From: Candidatus Eiseniibacteriota bacterium
Lineage (GTDB): Bacteria > Eisenbacteria > RBG-16-71-46 > CAZAMP01
Length of the DNA stretch: 64,000 bases
Direction: 5' to 3'
NCBI GenBank assembly: GCA_965224245.1
Contig: OZ245046.1
Span: 2,048,001 to 2,112,000 of the forward strand
This document shows, in pieces, positions 1 through 11,303 of this stretch; position 1 is the first letter of the stretch, and the number at the start of each line of letters is the position of its first letter. The position numbers and the translations under genes are program-made. The notes beneath the pieces are model-generated. The model made no database searches. It saw only the letters and a program-made list of their open reading frames with translations, and was not told where the DNA came from.

Positions 1-637
1 CGTTGCTCTCCGACAGCGCCTTCGCCGAGCAGAAGCCCGCCACCGAGAGCGGCGTGACGCTGGCCTCGCTGCCGCCGGCGATCATGACGTCGGCGGAGCC
101 GTACTGCACGGCGCGGAACGCCTCGCCGATCGCGTGTGCCCCCGACGTGCAGGCGGAGGTCGTGCAGTAGTTCGGTCCCTTCGCGTTGTGGCGAATGGAG
201 ACCATGCCGGCCGCCATGTTCGTGATCATCATGGGGACGAAGAACGGACTGACCCGCCCCGGCCCCTTCGTGAGGAGGATCTCGTGCTGCGCCTCCCACG
301 TCGTGACGCCACCGGTACCCGACCCGATGATCACGCCGAAGCGAGCAGGATCCACACCCCCGTCGGCCAGCCCGGCCTCGCCGAGGGCCTCGGCGGCCGC
401 GGCGAGCGCGTACCACACGAATGGGTCGTTACGCTTGATCTCTTTTCGGTCTAGGTAGTTGGCCGGATCGAAATCGGTCAGCTCCCCCGCGATGCGGGTG
501 GGCATCTGGGATGCATCGAACCGCGTGATGGGTCCGATGCCCGATCTCCCGTTGATCAGCGCGTCCCAGGTGGACGACACGCTCAGCCCGACCGGACTCA
601 GCGCACCGAGCCCGGTCACGACGACTCGCCTCTTCAT
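1..637 (-). CDS. fabF: beta-ketoacyl-ACP synthase II (partial, runs off the window start)
   Basis: My translation from ATG at 637 gives MKRRVVVTGLGALSPVG...SGIGPITRFD...PFFVPMMITNMAAG...GPNYCTTSACTSGAHAIG (catalytic Cys motif). It follows acpP. Confidence 0.95.
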   Translation of the reverse strand, partial: MKRRVVVTGLGALSPVGLSVSSTWDALINGRSGIGPITRFDASQMPTRIAGELTDFDPANYLDRKEIKRNDPFVWYALAAAAEALGEAGLADGGVDPARFGVIIGSGTGGVTTWEAQHEILLTKGPGRVSPFFVPMMITNMAAGMVSIRHNAKGPNYCTTSACTSGAHAIGEAFRAVQYGSADVMIAGGSEASVTPLSVAGFCSAKALSESN

Positions 638-712
638 GACAGCTCGATCGCCTCCGTCAGGCAGGCCGCGTCCGCGCCAGCGACGTTGCTGACGCGGCCG
701 TCGCGGCGCGGT

Positions 713-955
713 TTACGCCGGCAAGTGCTCCTTGAGGTAGTTGATCGCATCCCCGACGGTCCGGAGCTTCTCGGCGTCCTCGTCGGGAATCTCGATCTTG
801 TACTCTTCCTCGAGAGCCATGATCAGCTCGACCGTATCCAGCGAGTCCGCGCCGAGGTCTTCGATGAAGGCCGCCTCCGGCTTCACCTGGTCCTGATCGA
901 CGCCGAGCTGCTCGGCGATGATCTCCTTGACGCGACCGTCGTTGATGTCTGCCAT
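713..955 (-). CDS. acpP: acyl carrier protein
   Basis: 80-aa acidic protein with the DLGADSLD phosphopantetheine motif. Confidence 0.98.
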   Translation of the reverse strand: MADINDGRVKEIIAEQLGVDQDQVKPEAAFIEDLGADSLDTVELIMALEEEYKIEIPDEDAEKLRTVGDAINYLKEHLPA

Positions 956-1064
956 TGGACTCGTCGTCCTCCTCTCGAGAGTTGAGCCGCGGCGAGTCCG
1001 CGTCTCGTTTGGACCTCAACCCGACCCGCCGGGCGCGGTTCCGCGCGCGGCCGGTCGACCGGGG

Positions 1065-1814
1065 TCAGAAACTCATGCACCCGTCGACGGCGAGCACCTG
1101 CCCCGTGACGTAGGACGCCTCGGGAGAAACCAGGAAGTGTACCGCGGCGGCCACGTCGTCGACACGCCCCAAACGCCCCACCGGAATCTGGCTCAGCAGG
1201 CGCTCGCGCACGCGCTCGTCGAGCGCGTCGGTCATGGGCGTCTCGATGAAGCCCGGCGCAACTGCATTCGCCGTAATCCCCCGCGGCCCAAGCTCTTTCG
1301 CCACGGACTTCGTAAAGCCGATGAGACCTGCCTTCGAGGCCGCGTAGTTGGCCTGCCCGGCGTTGCCGTGGAGACCGACCACCGATGTGATGTTGACGAT
1401 GCGCCCCCAGCGGGCCTTGACCATCTGGCTCGAGATGGCCTTCGTGAAGGTATATACCGACTTGAGATTGGTGTCGAGCACCGCGTCCCAATCGTCCTCC
1501 TTCATCCGCATCAGGAGCCCGTCGCGGGTGATGCCCGCGTTGTTCACGAGGATCCCGGCTCCGCCGAAGTCGGACTTGACGCGGTCGGCCAGGGCGGCGA
1601 CCTCCTCGGCGCTCGACACGTCGCAGGCCGCGAACACGACGTCGGCGCTGGCCACCTCGCGGACCGACCGCTCGACCGCGGCGCCGCGCTCCGCGTTGCG
1701 CCCCACGAGCACGCACGCGGCACCCGCCTCCGCCAGCCGGCGGGCGATCCCGACCCCGATTCCGCTGGTCGCGCCGGTGACGATCGCGACGCGCTCGGAC
1801 AACGACCCGTACAT
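1065..1814 (-). CDS. fabG: 3-oxoacyl-ACP reductase
   Basis: TGATSGIG, NNAGITRD and YAASK SDR motifs, in fab operon context. Confidence 0.96.
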   Translation of the reverse strand: MYGSLSERVAIVTGATSGIGVGIARRLAEAGAACVLVGRNAERGAAVERSVREVASADVVFAACDVSSAEEVAALADRVKSDFGGAGILVNNAGITRDGLLMRMKEDDWDAVLDTNLKSVYTFTKAISSQMVKARWGRIVNITSVVGLHGNAGQANYAASKAGLIGFTKSVAKELGPRGITANAVAPGFIETPMTDALDERVRERLLSQIPVGRLGRVDDVAAAVHFLVSPEASYVTGQVLAVDGCMSF

Positions 1815-1847
1815 GAGACCCCTCTCCCGCGGTGCGCCCGTCGGACG

Positions 1848-2852
1848 CTAGGCTCCGAGCCCGTCGGCCTGAGCGCCGGACACGCCGCCGATGGGGCGTG
1901 TCCCGCCCGGATCGCCCGGCGACCCCGGGGCCCTCGACGTGAGAGCCGTGATCGCGTCGGGATCCCCGACGGCGACCGATTCGAGGCTCGGATCGATCTT
2001 CTTCAGCGTACCGTGCAGCACGGCGCCCGGTCCCGTCTCGACGAATGGACCGTATCCGTCGTCGCGCAGGCGCTCGATGGACTCGACCCAGCGGACGCGC
2101 GCGGTGAGCTGCGCGATCAGCGCGTTGCGTACGTCGTCCGCGGCCACGAGCGGGGTGGCCGAGACGTTCGCGACGATGGGAATCGAGGCGTCCACGATGC
2201 TCGTGGACTCGAGCGCACGACGCAGCCCATCGGCTGCGGGCGCCATCAACGGGGAGTGGAACGCGCCAGACACCGGCAAGAGGATCGCACGGCGTGCGCC
2301 GGCCGTCTGCAGCGCGGGCACCGCGGCCTCCACCGCGGCGGCGTCTCCGGAGATCACGATCTGGGTCGGGGTGTTGACGTTGGCGGCGACGACGGTTCCG
2401 TCGATCCCCGAGATCGCGGCGTCGACCTCGGCCTCGGTCAGGCCGAGGACGGCCGCCATCTTTCCCGGCCGCGACAGGCCGGCCTCGTACATCAGCTCAC
2501 CGCGCAGCCGCGTGAGCCGGAGGCCGTCCACGTACGAGATCGCGCCCGCGAGCACGCAGGCGGCGTACTCGCCGAGGCTGTGACCCGCGGTCGCCGCCGG
2601 CGTGACCCCGTGCTGAACGAGCAGCGTCCCCACCACGACGTCCACCACGAAGAGCGCCGGCTGCGTGTTGAGCGTCTTGGTGAGCGCGTCCTCGGGCCCC
2701 TCGAACAGGATCGTGCGCAGGTCGAACCCGAGGACGTCGTTCGCCTGGTCGACCAGCTCGCGTGCCGCCGGATACGTGTCGTAGAGCGCCTTGCCCATGC
2801 CCACGCGCTGTGATCCCTGTCCGGGACACAGAAAGACCCATCGTGCGTTCAT
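1848..2852 (-). CDS. fabD: malonyl-CoA:ACP transacylase
   Basis: Starts MNARWVFLCPGQGSQ (ATG 2852); TQPAL, GHSLGEY and GAFHS motifs. Confidence 0.95.
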   Translation of the reverse strand: MNARWVFLCPGQGSQRVGMGKALYDTYPAARELVDQANDVLGFDLRTILFEGPEDALTKTLNTQPALFVVDVVVGTLLVQHGVTPAATAGHSLGEYAACVLAGAISYVDGLRLTRLRGELMYEAGLSRPGKMAAVLGLTEAEVDAAISGIDGTVVAANVNTPTQIVISGDAAAVEAAVPALQTAGARRAILLPVSGAFHSPLMAPAADGLRRALESTSIVDASIPIVANVSATPLVAADDVRNALIAQLTARVRWVESIERLRDDGYGPFVETGPGAVLHGTLKKIDPSLESVAVGDPDAITALTSRAPGSPGDPGGTRPIGGVSGAQADGLGA

Positions 2853-2857
2853 CGTGC

Positions 2858-3848
<991 letters not shown>

Positions 3849-3856
<8 letters not shown>

Positions 3857-4877
3857 GGGCCTGCCCCTTTTGCAGCATTTCGACGACCTTGTGATGCAGG
3901 TCGACCTCCACGAACTCAGCCGCCACGCGAATGGCGTTGCGAACGGCCCGGGCCGGAGAGCTTCCGTGACAGATGATGCATCCGCCCTTCACGCCGAGCA
4001 GCGGCGCCCCGCCGTACTCGGCGTAGTCGAAGCGCGAGAGCGTGCGTTTGAACGCCGGACGCGCCAGTCCTGCGCCGACTCGAGCGACGACGTTGCGCTG
4101 GAGCTCGGCCTTGAAGAAGTGCGCCAGCGTCTCCACGAAGCTCTCGGCGAACTTCAGGACCACGTTGCCCACGAAGCCGTCACAGACGACCACGTCGGCG
4201 GTCCCCCGCATCACGTCACGCCCCTCGACGTTGCCCACGAAATTCACCGGGATCGTCTCTAGCACATCGTAGGCGGCCTTGGCCAGACAATCGCCCTTGC
4301 CGCGCTCCTCGCCGATGTTCAGAAGCCCCACCCGGGGTGAGTCGATCCCGAGCGTGATCTCGGCGTACAGCGACCCCAGGACCGCGTACTGGCCGAGATA
4401 CTCGGGCTTGGCGTCGGGGGTCGCTCCGACGTCCAGGACCACGCAGTTCCCGGACTGGGTGGGCACCACCGACGCGATCGCCGGGCGCTTGATCCCGGGG
4501 ATTCGCCCCAGTCCCTGGAGGGCCGTGGAGACGACCGCCCCCGTGTTGCCGGCGCTGACCAGGGCGTCGGCCTCCCCCGCCTTCATCATGGCCGCGGCCA
4601 CCGCCAGCGACGAGTCGCGCTTGCGCCGGACCGCGGACGCCGCCTTCTCGTCCATGCCGACGACCTCGGCCGCGTGGCGTACACGCAGCGCGTCGGACGG
4701 AGCCCCCAGTCGATCGAGCTCGGCCGCGATCGCCTGCTCGTCGCCGACCAGCACCACGTCGAAGACGTCGGAGTGCATCCGGCAGGCGTCGAGCGCCCCC
4801 TCGACGATGCGCGCGGGCGCGAAGTCGCCTCCCATGGCGTCGACACAGACCATCGTTCTTCTGCCGGGTGACGACAT
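3849..4877 (-). CDS. plsX: phosphate acyltransferase PlsX
   Basis: VDAMGGD, SAGNTGA and CDGFVGNV motifs; lies between rpmF and fabH. Confidence 0.96.
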
Positions 4878-4922
4878 CGATACTCCGTGTGAATCGACCG
4901 GGCGCAGGGTGCGACGGTTGGC

Positions 4923-5114
4923 CTAGGAGCCGCCTTCCATGTCGACCTCGACGACGCGCATGCGGCCGTAGTGCCCGCACGACGGACAGACGCGGTGCGG
5001 GAGCTTCCTGGCTCCGCACTGCGAGCAGGTCGCCATCGACGGCGCCGCGAGCTTCCAATGGGTTCGCCGCTTGTCGCGTCGCGTGCGCGAGTGGCGTCGT
5101 TTCGGCAGGGCCAT
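4923..5114 (-). CDS. rpmF: 50S ribosomal protein L32
   Basis: [20 protein letters not shown]...CSQCG...PHRVCPSCG. Confidence 0.97.
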   Translation of the reverse strand: MALPKRRHSRTRRDKRRTHWKLAAPSMATCSQCGARKLPHRVCPSCGHYGRMRVVEVDMEGGS

Positions 5115-5131
5115 CGCCTACCTCCTCCGGT

Positions 5132-5734
5132 TCAGGTGTCCACCCCGGGCTTCCGGGGGGTGTCGTCGACGTCTACGGGCTCGGGCGTCCGATCGGATCG
5201 GTCGTCCTCTCCCAGGAGCGCCGTGAGCGTGCTCCAGCGCGGGTCACTCGACTCACGGCGGCACGAGCAGGAGCTCTCGTTCAGATTTGTACCACACTCG
5301 GGGCAGAGCCCCGCACAGTCCGGTCTACACGAGACGGCCATCGGCACGGTCAACAGGACGTGCTGGCGAACGAGATCGCCGAGCTCGATCCTCCCGCCCT
5401 CGTATACGAGGACGTCGTCGTCGTCGGAGCCGTCCGCCATCTCGTCGTGCGCTTCGACGGCCAGGCAGACGAACGACGTGTCGAACGCCTCGCGTACGTC
5501 TTCGGCGCAGCGGCCGCACGCGTGCGTGGCCGCCCCGTGGATCCGACCCTGGATCTGGACCTGGTGGTCGGTGCGGTAGAGACGCAGCTCCACCGTCACC
5601 GGCCCCGAGAGACGCAGATCCTCGGAATCGATACCCAGCTCGGCGCCGGTCAGGCTCCACTCGACGTGACTCTCGCCGTCGTCGAGCCGGCGAAGATCCA
5701 GTGCCGCGGGGCTCGGGCGCGCGTCGTCGTTCAC
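5132..5734 (-). CDS. yceD: DUF177/YceD family protein
   Basis: CGRC and CRPDCAGLCPECG...DPRW motifs; canonical position upstream of rpmF. Confidence 0.9.
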   Translation of the reverse strand: MNDDARPSPAALDLRRLDDGESHVEWSLTGAELGIDSEDLRLSGPVTVELRLYRTDHQVQIQGRIHGAATHACGRCAEDVREAFDTSFVCLAVEAHDEMADGSDDDDVLVYEGGRIELGDLVRQHVLLTVPMAVSCRPDCAGLCPECGTNLNESSCSCRRESSDPRWSTLTALLGEDDRSDRTPEPVDVDDTPRKPGVDT

Positions 5735-5737
5735 AGG

Positions 5738-6154
5738 TCAGTCGAGCGTCAGGCCGAGCCCGAAGAACTCGATCTCGATCTTCGCGTTCTCGTGCGAGTC
5801 CGAGCCGTGCACGGCGTTCTCTCCGACCGACTGCGCATACAGCGCGCGAATGGTGCCGGGCGCCGCGTCCGCCGGATTGGTCGCCCCCATCGTGTCGCGC
5901 CAGCGCTTCACGGCATTCTGCCCCGTGAGCACGGCGGCCACGATGGGCGAGCGAGACATGAACGTCGTCAGCTCCTCGTAGAAGGGCCGTCCGGCGTGCA
6001 CCTCGTAGAAGCGCTCGGCCTGCGTCTTGGTCAGATGAACCATGCGAAGCGCCGCGATCGACAGTCCGGCTTCCTCGGCGTGGGCCAGGATCTTGCCCAC
6101 GAGGTTGCGCTCGACCGCGTCGGGCTTGATCATCATCAGCGTCTCTTCAGCCAT
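5738..6154 (-). CDS. ndk: nucleoside-diphosphate kinase
   Basis: TLMMIKPDAV, GATNP and NAVHGSDS motifs. Confidence 0.97.
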   Translation of the reverse strand: MAEETLMMIKPDAVERNLVGKILAHAEEAGLSIAALRMVHLTKTQAERFYEVHAGRPFYEELTTFMSRSPIVAAVLTGQNAVKRWRDTMGATNPADAAPGTIRALYAQSVGENAVHGSDSHENAKIEIEFFGLGLTLD

Positions 6155-6205
6155 CGATTCTCGACCTCGTCGTCCTTCGAGTGGTCGTCGTCTGCCCGGG
6201 CCGCG

Positions 6206-7081
6206 TCACGCGACGCCGAGCGTTTCGGCGATCGCCGGCCCCACCATCGAGGGAATGGCCACGACGCGAACGCCGGCCCCCTCGAGCGCGCGAACCTTGT
6301 CCTCCGCTCGGCCGCTGCCGCCGGAGATGATCGCGCCGGCGTGGCCCATGCGCTTCCCGGGCGGGGCCGTCTGACCCGCGATGAACGAGACCACCGGCTT
6401 GGTCACGTTCGACGCGATGAACTCGGCCGCGAGTTCCTCGTCCGAGCCGCCGATCTCGCCGATCATCGCGATGGCATGGGTATCCGCGTCGTTCTGGAAG
6501 AGCTCCAGCACGTCCACGAAGCGCGTGCCGATCACGGGATCACCGCCGATGCCGATGCAGGTGGACTGGCCGACCCCCTCGGCGGTGAGCGAGGCGATGA
6601 CCTCGTAGGTGAGCGTACCGCTGCGCGATACGACCCCCACGTGGCCGGGCGCGCAGATCCGTCCGGGCAGAATCCCCACCTTGGACTGGCCGGGCGAGAT
6701 CAGGCCGGGGCAGTTCGGGCCCACCAGGCGCGCCCCGTACGACCCGATCGCGGCCATGATCGGCACCATGTCGAGCACGGGCAGGCCCTCGGTGATGCAG
6801 ACGACGAGCCGGATGCCCGAATCGAGGGCCTCCCAGATGGCGTCGGCAGCGAAGGCCGGCGGTACGTAGATCACCGACGTGTTCGCGCCGGTCTCGGCCA
6901 CGGACTGCTTGACGGTGTCGAACACGGGGATGCCGTCGACGGACTGTCCGCCCTTGCCGGGCGTGACGCCGGCGACCACGGCGGTGCCGTAGTCCTTCAT
7001 CGACCGGGCGTGGAAGGACCCGTCGCGGCCGGTTATTCCCTGCACGACGAGCTTGGTCGTGCGGTCGATTAGAACGCTCAT
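6206..7081 (-). CDS. sucD: succinyl-CoA ligase alpha subunit
   Basis: Starts [18 protein letters not shown] (ATG 7081); [15 protein letters not shown] and MGHAGAII motifs. Confidence 0.97.
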   Translation of the reverse strand: MSVLIDRTTKLVVQGITGRDGSFHARSMKDYGTAVVAGVTPGKGGQSVDGIPVFDTVKQSVAETGANTSVIYVPPAFAADAIWEALDSGIRLVVCITEGLPVLDMVPIMAAIGSYGARLVGPNCPGLISPGQSKVGILPGRICAPGHVGVVSRSGTLTYEVIASLTAEGVGQSTCIGIGGDPVIGTRFVDVLELFQNDADTHAIAMIGEIGGSDEELAAEFIASNVTKPVVSFIAGQTAPPGKRMGHAGAIISGGSGRAEDKVRALEGAGVRVVAIPSMVGPAIAETLGVA

Positions 7082-7091
7082 GACTCGCTCC

Positions 7092-8225
7092 TCAGGACGC
7101 CAGCGCGACGGCGCGCTGCACCGCCTCGTCCATCGTCGTCGCCGTGGCCACATCCGGCAGCGCCTCGGACAGGATGCGGCGCCCCTCTTCCTCGTTCGTG
7201 CCGGTCAGGCGGATCACCATCGGCTGGGACGCGGGACGCTCCGCGAGCGCCTCCACGAGCCCGCGGGCCACGTCGTCGCACCGGGTGATCCCACCGAAGA
7301 TGTTGATGAGGATCGACTTGACGTTCGAGTCGCGCCCCAGGATCTCCATCGCCGCGGTCACCTTCTCGGGACGCGACGAGCCGCCGATGTCCAGGAAGTT
7401 CGCGGGCGTGCCCCCGAAGTGCTGGATCACGTCCATGGTGGCCATCGCCAGACCCGCGCCGTTCACCAGACACCCGATCGCGCCGTCGAGCCCGATGTAG
7501 GAGAGATCGTTGCGCCGCGCGAAGTCCTCCTCGTGTCCCTCCTCGTCGACGTCGCGGTACGCCTCGATCTGCGGCTGACGAAAAAGCGCGTTGTCGTCGC
7601 ACGTGAACTTCGCGTCCAGCGCCAGGACGTCCCCGCCGGCGGTGACGGCGAGCGGATTGATCTCGACCAGCGACGCGTCTCGCTCGGTCGACATGCGCAC
7701 GAGGCGTTCGAGCACACCGGCGATCCGGAGCGCCGTCTTGCCGTGCGACTCCACCTCGAACGCGATCTCCCGGGCCACGTACGGGGCGATCGCGAGATCG
7801 GGCAGGGCGCGCTTGATGATCCGCTCGGGCCGGGTGCGCGCCACCTCCTCGATGTCCATGCCGCCCTCAGCGCTGACCATGAGCACCGGACAGGCGCGTG
7901 TCCGATCGAAGACGATGCCCGCGTAGAACTCGCGCGCGATGTCCACGGCGGGGACGATCAGGAGCTTGCGGACCACGTGGCCCTTGATGTCGAGACCGAG
8001 GATCGCCTCGGCGTGCGCGCGGACGTCGGCAGCGGTCTCGGCGACCTTGACGCCACCCGCCTTCCCCCGGCCGCCGGAGTGAACCTGCGCCTTCACGACG
8101 ACCGGGTAGCCGAACTCGTCGGCGGCGGTGACGGCATCGTCCACCGAGGTGACCATGTGCTGCCCTTGCACCGGGATTCCCGCGGCCGCGAACAGCTCTT
8201 TCGCTTGAAACTCGTGCACGTTCAT
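7092..8225 (-). CDS. sucC: succinyl-CoA ligase beta subunit
   Basis: [35 protein letters not shown] and NIFGGI motifs. Confidence 0.97.
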   Translation of the reverse strand: MNVHEFQAKELFAAAGIPVQGQHMVTSVDDAVTAADEFGYPVVVKAQVHSGGRGKAGGVKVAETAADVRAHAEAILGLDIKGHVVRKLLIVPAVDIAREFYAGIVFDRTRACPVLMVSAEGGMDIEEVARTRPERIIKRALPDLAIAPYVAREIAFEVESHGKTALRIAGVLERLVRMSTERDASLVEINPLAVTAGGDVLALDAKFTCDDNALFRQPQIEAYRDVDEEGHEEDFARRNDLSYIGLDGAIGCLVNGAGLAMATMDVIQHFGGTPANFLDIGGSSRPEKVTAAMEILGRDSNVKSILINIFGGITRCDDVARGLVEALAERPASQPMVIRLTGTNEEEGRRILSEALPDVATATTMDEAVQRAVALAS

Positions 8226-8310
8226 CGCTGGTCGTGCGCTCCCCTGGCTCTGCGCTCACGCCGAGGCGTGAGCGGCGCGCCGATCGGAACCCGCTCTCGG
8301 GTCCGCAAAC

Positions 8311-8351
8311 AAAAAAAGCGGCCCTCGAGCCGACGTATCGGCAGCGGGCCC
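8311..8351 (-). terminator. intrinsic terminator-like hairpin in the sucC leader
   Basis: Minus strand reads GGGCCC-GCT-GCCGA-TACG-TCGGC-TCGA-GGGCC-GC-TTTTTTT: a GC stem with a UNCG loop followed by U7. Confidence 0.7.
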
Positions 8352-8440
8352 GATGCACGGGTCGATCGACGGCCCCGGCCGACCCGAGCTCCGTCCGACC
8401 GCAACGGGCGGAAAGTCCCCATAAGAAACTGCGGCGGCGA

Positions 8441-8469
8441 AGGTTATCAGCGCGATCGGGAGGTGTCAA
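8441..8469 (-). promoter_or_regulatory. sigma70-type promoter upstream of the sucC leader
   Basis: TTGACA-17 nt-TAACCT on the minus strand. Confidence 0.7.
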
Positions 8470-8992
8470 GGCCTTCCCCACCGCCCGACAGCCGATCCAC
8501 GACGGCCGTGGTGGATCGACCGGGCACCACCGGCACCCGGACCACGCTCCCCCCCCAGCCCTCGACCAGGTCCGCTCCCACGATCTGCCCCTGGGCCCAG
8601 TCGGCGCCCTTGACGAGCACGTCCGGACGGAGCGCCTCGATCAGCTCCAGCGGCGTGTCCTCGTCGAACACGACGACCAGATCGACCGGACGGAGCGCGG
8701 CCAGGACGAGACCGCGGTCCTCGGCCGGGTTCACGGGCCGGCCCGAGCCCTTGAGGCGCCGGACCGAGGCGTCGCCGTTGAGCCCGACCACGAGCCGATC
8801 CCCCAGGGCACGGGCTTCGGTCAACAGGGCCACGTGCCCGACGTGGAGGATGTCGAAGCACCCGTTCGTGAACACGACCCGCCGGCCCTCCTCTCGCCAC
8901 CGCGCGCACCGGGCCGCGCCGTCCTCGCGCGAGCCGGCGACTCGCCCCGCGCCGGCCGGGCGCCCCCCGGCCCTGGGCGCGTCCCCGGTCAC
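8447..8992 (-). CDS. rfaE2: D-glycero-beta-D-manno-heptose 1-phosphate adenylyltransferase
   Basis: [29 protein letters not shown] and KGADW motifs. Confidence 0.93.
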   Translation of the reverse strand: MTGDAPRAGGRPAGAGRVAGSREDGAARCARWREEGRRVVFTNGCFDILHVGHVALLTEARALGDRLVVGLNGDASVRRLKGSGRPVNPAEDRGLVLAALRPVDLVVVFDEDTPLELIEALRPDVLVKGADWAQGQIVGADLVEGWGGSVVRVPVVPGRSTTAVVDRLSGGGEGLDTSRSR

Positions 8993-9972
8993 GGGCGCTC
9001 CCCGAACGACGCCACCAGGGTCTCGGGCGCCACGCGCACGGTGCCGACGTCGCGGATCACCAGGCTGGCGGCGTGGTTGGCGATCTCGGTGGCCTCCTCG
9101 AGGCTCCCTCCGGCCGCGTGCGCCAGGCAGAAGACGCTCACGACGGTGTCCCCGGCGCCGGTGACGTCGTAGACCTCGGTGGCGACCGTGGGCACGTGAA
9201 GCGTGGATCCGGGCCGGAACAGTGACATGCCGTGCTCACCGCGGGTGATCAGGACCGATTCGGCCGAGAGCCGCGCCAGGAGCTCGGCGCCGGCCTGCGC
9301 CACGTCCTCGTCCGTCTTCAGGCGGCGGCCGACGGCGGCGCCGGCCTCGGCCAGGTTCGGCGTGATGACGGTGACGCCCACGTAGCGATCCACGTGATCC
9401 TCCTTCGGGTCGACGCAGACCGGGATCCCGCGGTGCCGGGCCCGCTCGAGCACGGCTTCGATCAGCGCCCGGGACACCACGCCCTTGCCGTAGTCGGAGA
9501 TGATGACCGCATCGCTGGCCTCGGTGGCCATGGCCGCGCGCGCGCGAAGCTCGGCGGCGAGATCGTCGGCCAGCGGCGAGTCGTCCTCGACGTCGAGGCG
9601 GATCATCTGCTGATTCTGGGAGATCACGCGGGTCTTGCGGGTGGTCGGTCGTGATCGGTCGGTGACGATCGCCTCGACGTCGGCGCCGGTGCTGATCAGC
9701 AGCTCGCGCAGTGCCCGGCCCTCGATGTCGTCTCCGACCAGCCCCACCGGCACCGCCACCGCACCGAGCCCCAGCACGTTGGCCGCGACGTTGGCCGAGC
9801 CGCCCAGCCGCTCGGTCGTGCGCGTGGCCTCCACGATCGGAACCGGGGCCTCGGCCGAGATGCGTCTGACGTTGCCCCAGACGTACCGGTCCAGCATGAG
9901 GTCGCCGACGATGGCCACATGCTTGCCGCGCACGCCGGCCAGGATCTCGGTCACGCGAGCGGCTTTGATCAT
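8989..9972 (-). CDS. rfaE1: D-glycero-beta-D-manno-heptose-7-phosphate kinase (PfkB family)
   Basis: [24 protein letters not shown] and DVTGAGDT motifs; ATG 9972 with a [10 protein letters not shown]. Confidence 0.93.
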   Translation of the reverse strand: MIKAARVTEILAGVRGKHVAIVGDLMLDRYVWGNVRRISAEAPVPIVEATRTTERLGGSANVAANVLGLGAVAVPVGLVGDDIEGRALRELLISTGADVEAIVTDRSRPTTRKTRVISQNQQMIRLDVEDDSPLADDLAAELRARAAMATEASDAVIISDYGKGVVSRALIEAVLERARHRGIPVCVDPKEDHVDRYVGVTVITPNLAEAGAAVGRRLKTDEDVAQAGAELLARLSAESVLITRGEHGMSLFRPGSTLHVPTVATEVYDVTGAGDTVVSVFCLAHAAGGSLEEATEIANHAASLVIRDVGTVRVAPETLVASFGERP

Positions 9973-10082
9973 CTCTCCTCCCCTATGTCGTCGGGACGCC
10001 GCGGCTCGGCCGCCCCGTCCAGGGCCGCCGACCGGAGAGAATAGCGCCTGGCGAGCCCCCGGAAAAAGTCTGTGCATTCGAC

Positions 10083-10111
10083 TTGACGCATGTTGATCCT
10101 GACGCTAGATT
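10083..10111 (+). promoter_or_regulatory. sigma70-type promoter with no downstream plus-strand CDS
   Basis: TTGACG-17 nt-TAGATT; a perfect palindrome ATGACGTCAT lies at 10114-10123. Confidence 0.7.
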
Positions 10112-10117
10112 TCATGA

Positions 10118-10232
10118 CGTCATAGAAGGTTCAGTTTAGCCCTGTCCTTCGCGTCATCCGGCTGTTGCCGCTAGCTGAAGTGCCTGGAAGCCTCCGGGGT
10201 GGAGTTGGAAGGACGTTTGGATGGGGCTTTTT
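10118..10232 (+). ncRNA. candidate structured small RNA (~115 nt), family not recognised
   Basis: Follows a consensus promoter. AGCCCTGTCC (10138-10147) pairs with GGATGGGGCT (10219-10228), followed by a U-run. It has internal hairpins and no credible ORF. Confidence 0.55.
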
Positions 10233-10384
10233 CGTGGCCGTCACTCGGGGGCCTCCGTGAGTCGCCGGACGTGCCGTCACGCACCGTGGATTGCGGCCCG
10301 CCCCCGCCCGCGATCCGCACGTCACCGCGCGATTCGACATCGTCGTGAGCCGGAAGTCACCTCGCCGTTCTCCGGCCCCCCTGC

Positions 10385-11140
10385 TCATGTCATCAGTCCG
10401 TCCCGCTCGAGGCTCCGGAATCCCGATCGCGACACGATCACGTGATCGAGCACGCGCACACCCAGGAGCTCGCCCGCGCGAACCAGCCGCCGCGTGATCG
10501 CGACGTCGTCCCGGCTCGGCGTGGGATCGCCGGACGGGTGATTGTGCGCGACGATGATCGCGCTCGCCGAGACCGCGACGGCCCGGCGAAACACCTCGCG
10601 CGGATGCACGATCGAGGCGTCCACCGATCCGATGGAGATCGTCTCGCGTCTGAGATAGCGGTGGCGTGCGTCCAGCAGGATCGCGACCACGTGCTCACGG
10701 GGCTCGTTCACGAGATCGCGAACGTGCGCGAACACGAGCTCGGGCGTCGTGAAGCTGGCCCGGGCCTCGACGTCCACGCGGAGTCGCCGCGCCAGCTCGC
10801 ACGCGGCGCGCAGCCGGTGTGCGGCCCGCGGATCCGGGGCGGCGCCGAAGTCCACCGTCAGGGGGTCCTCACCCCACGCCGCGAGCCCGCGACCACGGCC
10901 GACCAGACGGCACGCGGCGTCCAGCGCGGGTGGAGACAGCGCCGGATCGACGATCGACGCGACGAGCTCGACGTCGGAGAGATCACCGACCGGCGCACCG
11001 GATGGCTCGGCCGGTGCATCGAACCCGGCGTCGGACCCGACGGGCTCGGGGGGCGTCGCGTCGCATCCGGCGGATGCGTCGAGACGGGTAACGGGCGCGT
11101 CGTGGTCGAGGCTCGGGGTGGGCACTCGGGAGTGCGTCAC
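10385..11140 (-). CDS. radC: RadC/UPF0758 JAB-domain protein
   Basis: ISIGSVDASIVHPREVF and AHNHPSGDPTPSRDD...VLDHVIV motifs; start uncertain. Confidence 0.92.
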   Translation of the reverse strand: MTHSRVPTPSLDHDAPVTRLDASAGCDATPPEPVGSDAGFDAPAEPSGAPVGDLSDVELVASIVDPALSPPALDAACRLVGRGRGLAAWGEDPLTVDFGAAPDPRAAHRLRAACELARRLRVDVEARASFTTPELVFAHVRDLVNEPREHVVAILLDARHRYLRRETISIGSVDASIVHPREVFRRAVAVSASAIIVAHNHPSGDPTPSRDDVAITRRLVRAGELLGVRVLDHVIVSRSGFRSLERDGLMT

Positions 11141-11213
11141 GTGCGGCTCCTCGGCTGCCGCGCCGGCGACCGTGAAGGTCCAGGGTACCGGCGCGCGTCG
11201 ACCGGGGCCACGA

Positions 11214-11243
11214 ACGCTACCAGCGTTCGAAAAGCACCGTCAA
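11214..11243 (-). promoter_or_regulatory. putative radC promoter overlapped by an inverted repeat
   Basis: TTGACG-18 nt-TAGCGT; CGAACGCT-ACC-AGCGTTCG at 11211-11229. Confidence 0.5.
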
Positions 11244-11303
11244 GCCGGCGGTACACGACGCGTCGCGGCGCGGGCACCGGCCGGCCGTCTCGGGCCACGC
11301 GGT

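Noticed and set aside
8222-8422. 66-aa ORF in the sucC leader whose stop overlaps the sucC ATG
   Set aside because: It has no SD, has an Arg-rich shadow-like composition and runs through the terminator hairpin. It is not supportable as a CDS, though a leader-peptide role is not fully excluded.
10186-10200. AAGCCTCCGG resembling part of a c-di-GMP-I riboswitch
   Set aside because: The GGCAAAC/GNRA P2 elements are absent and there is no downstream gene on that strand.
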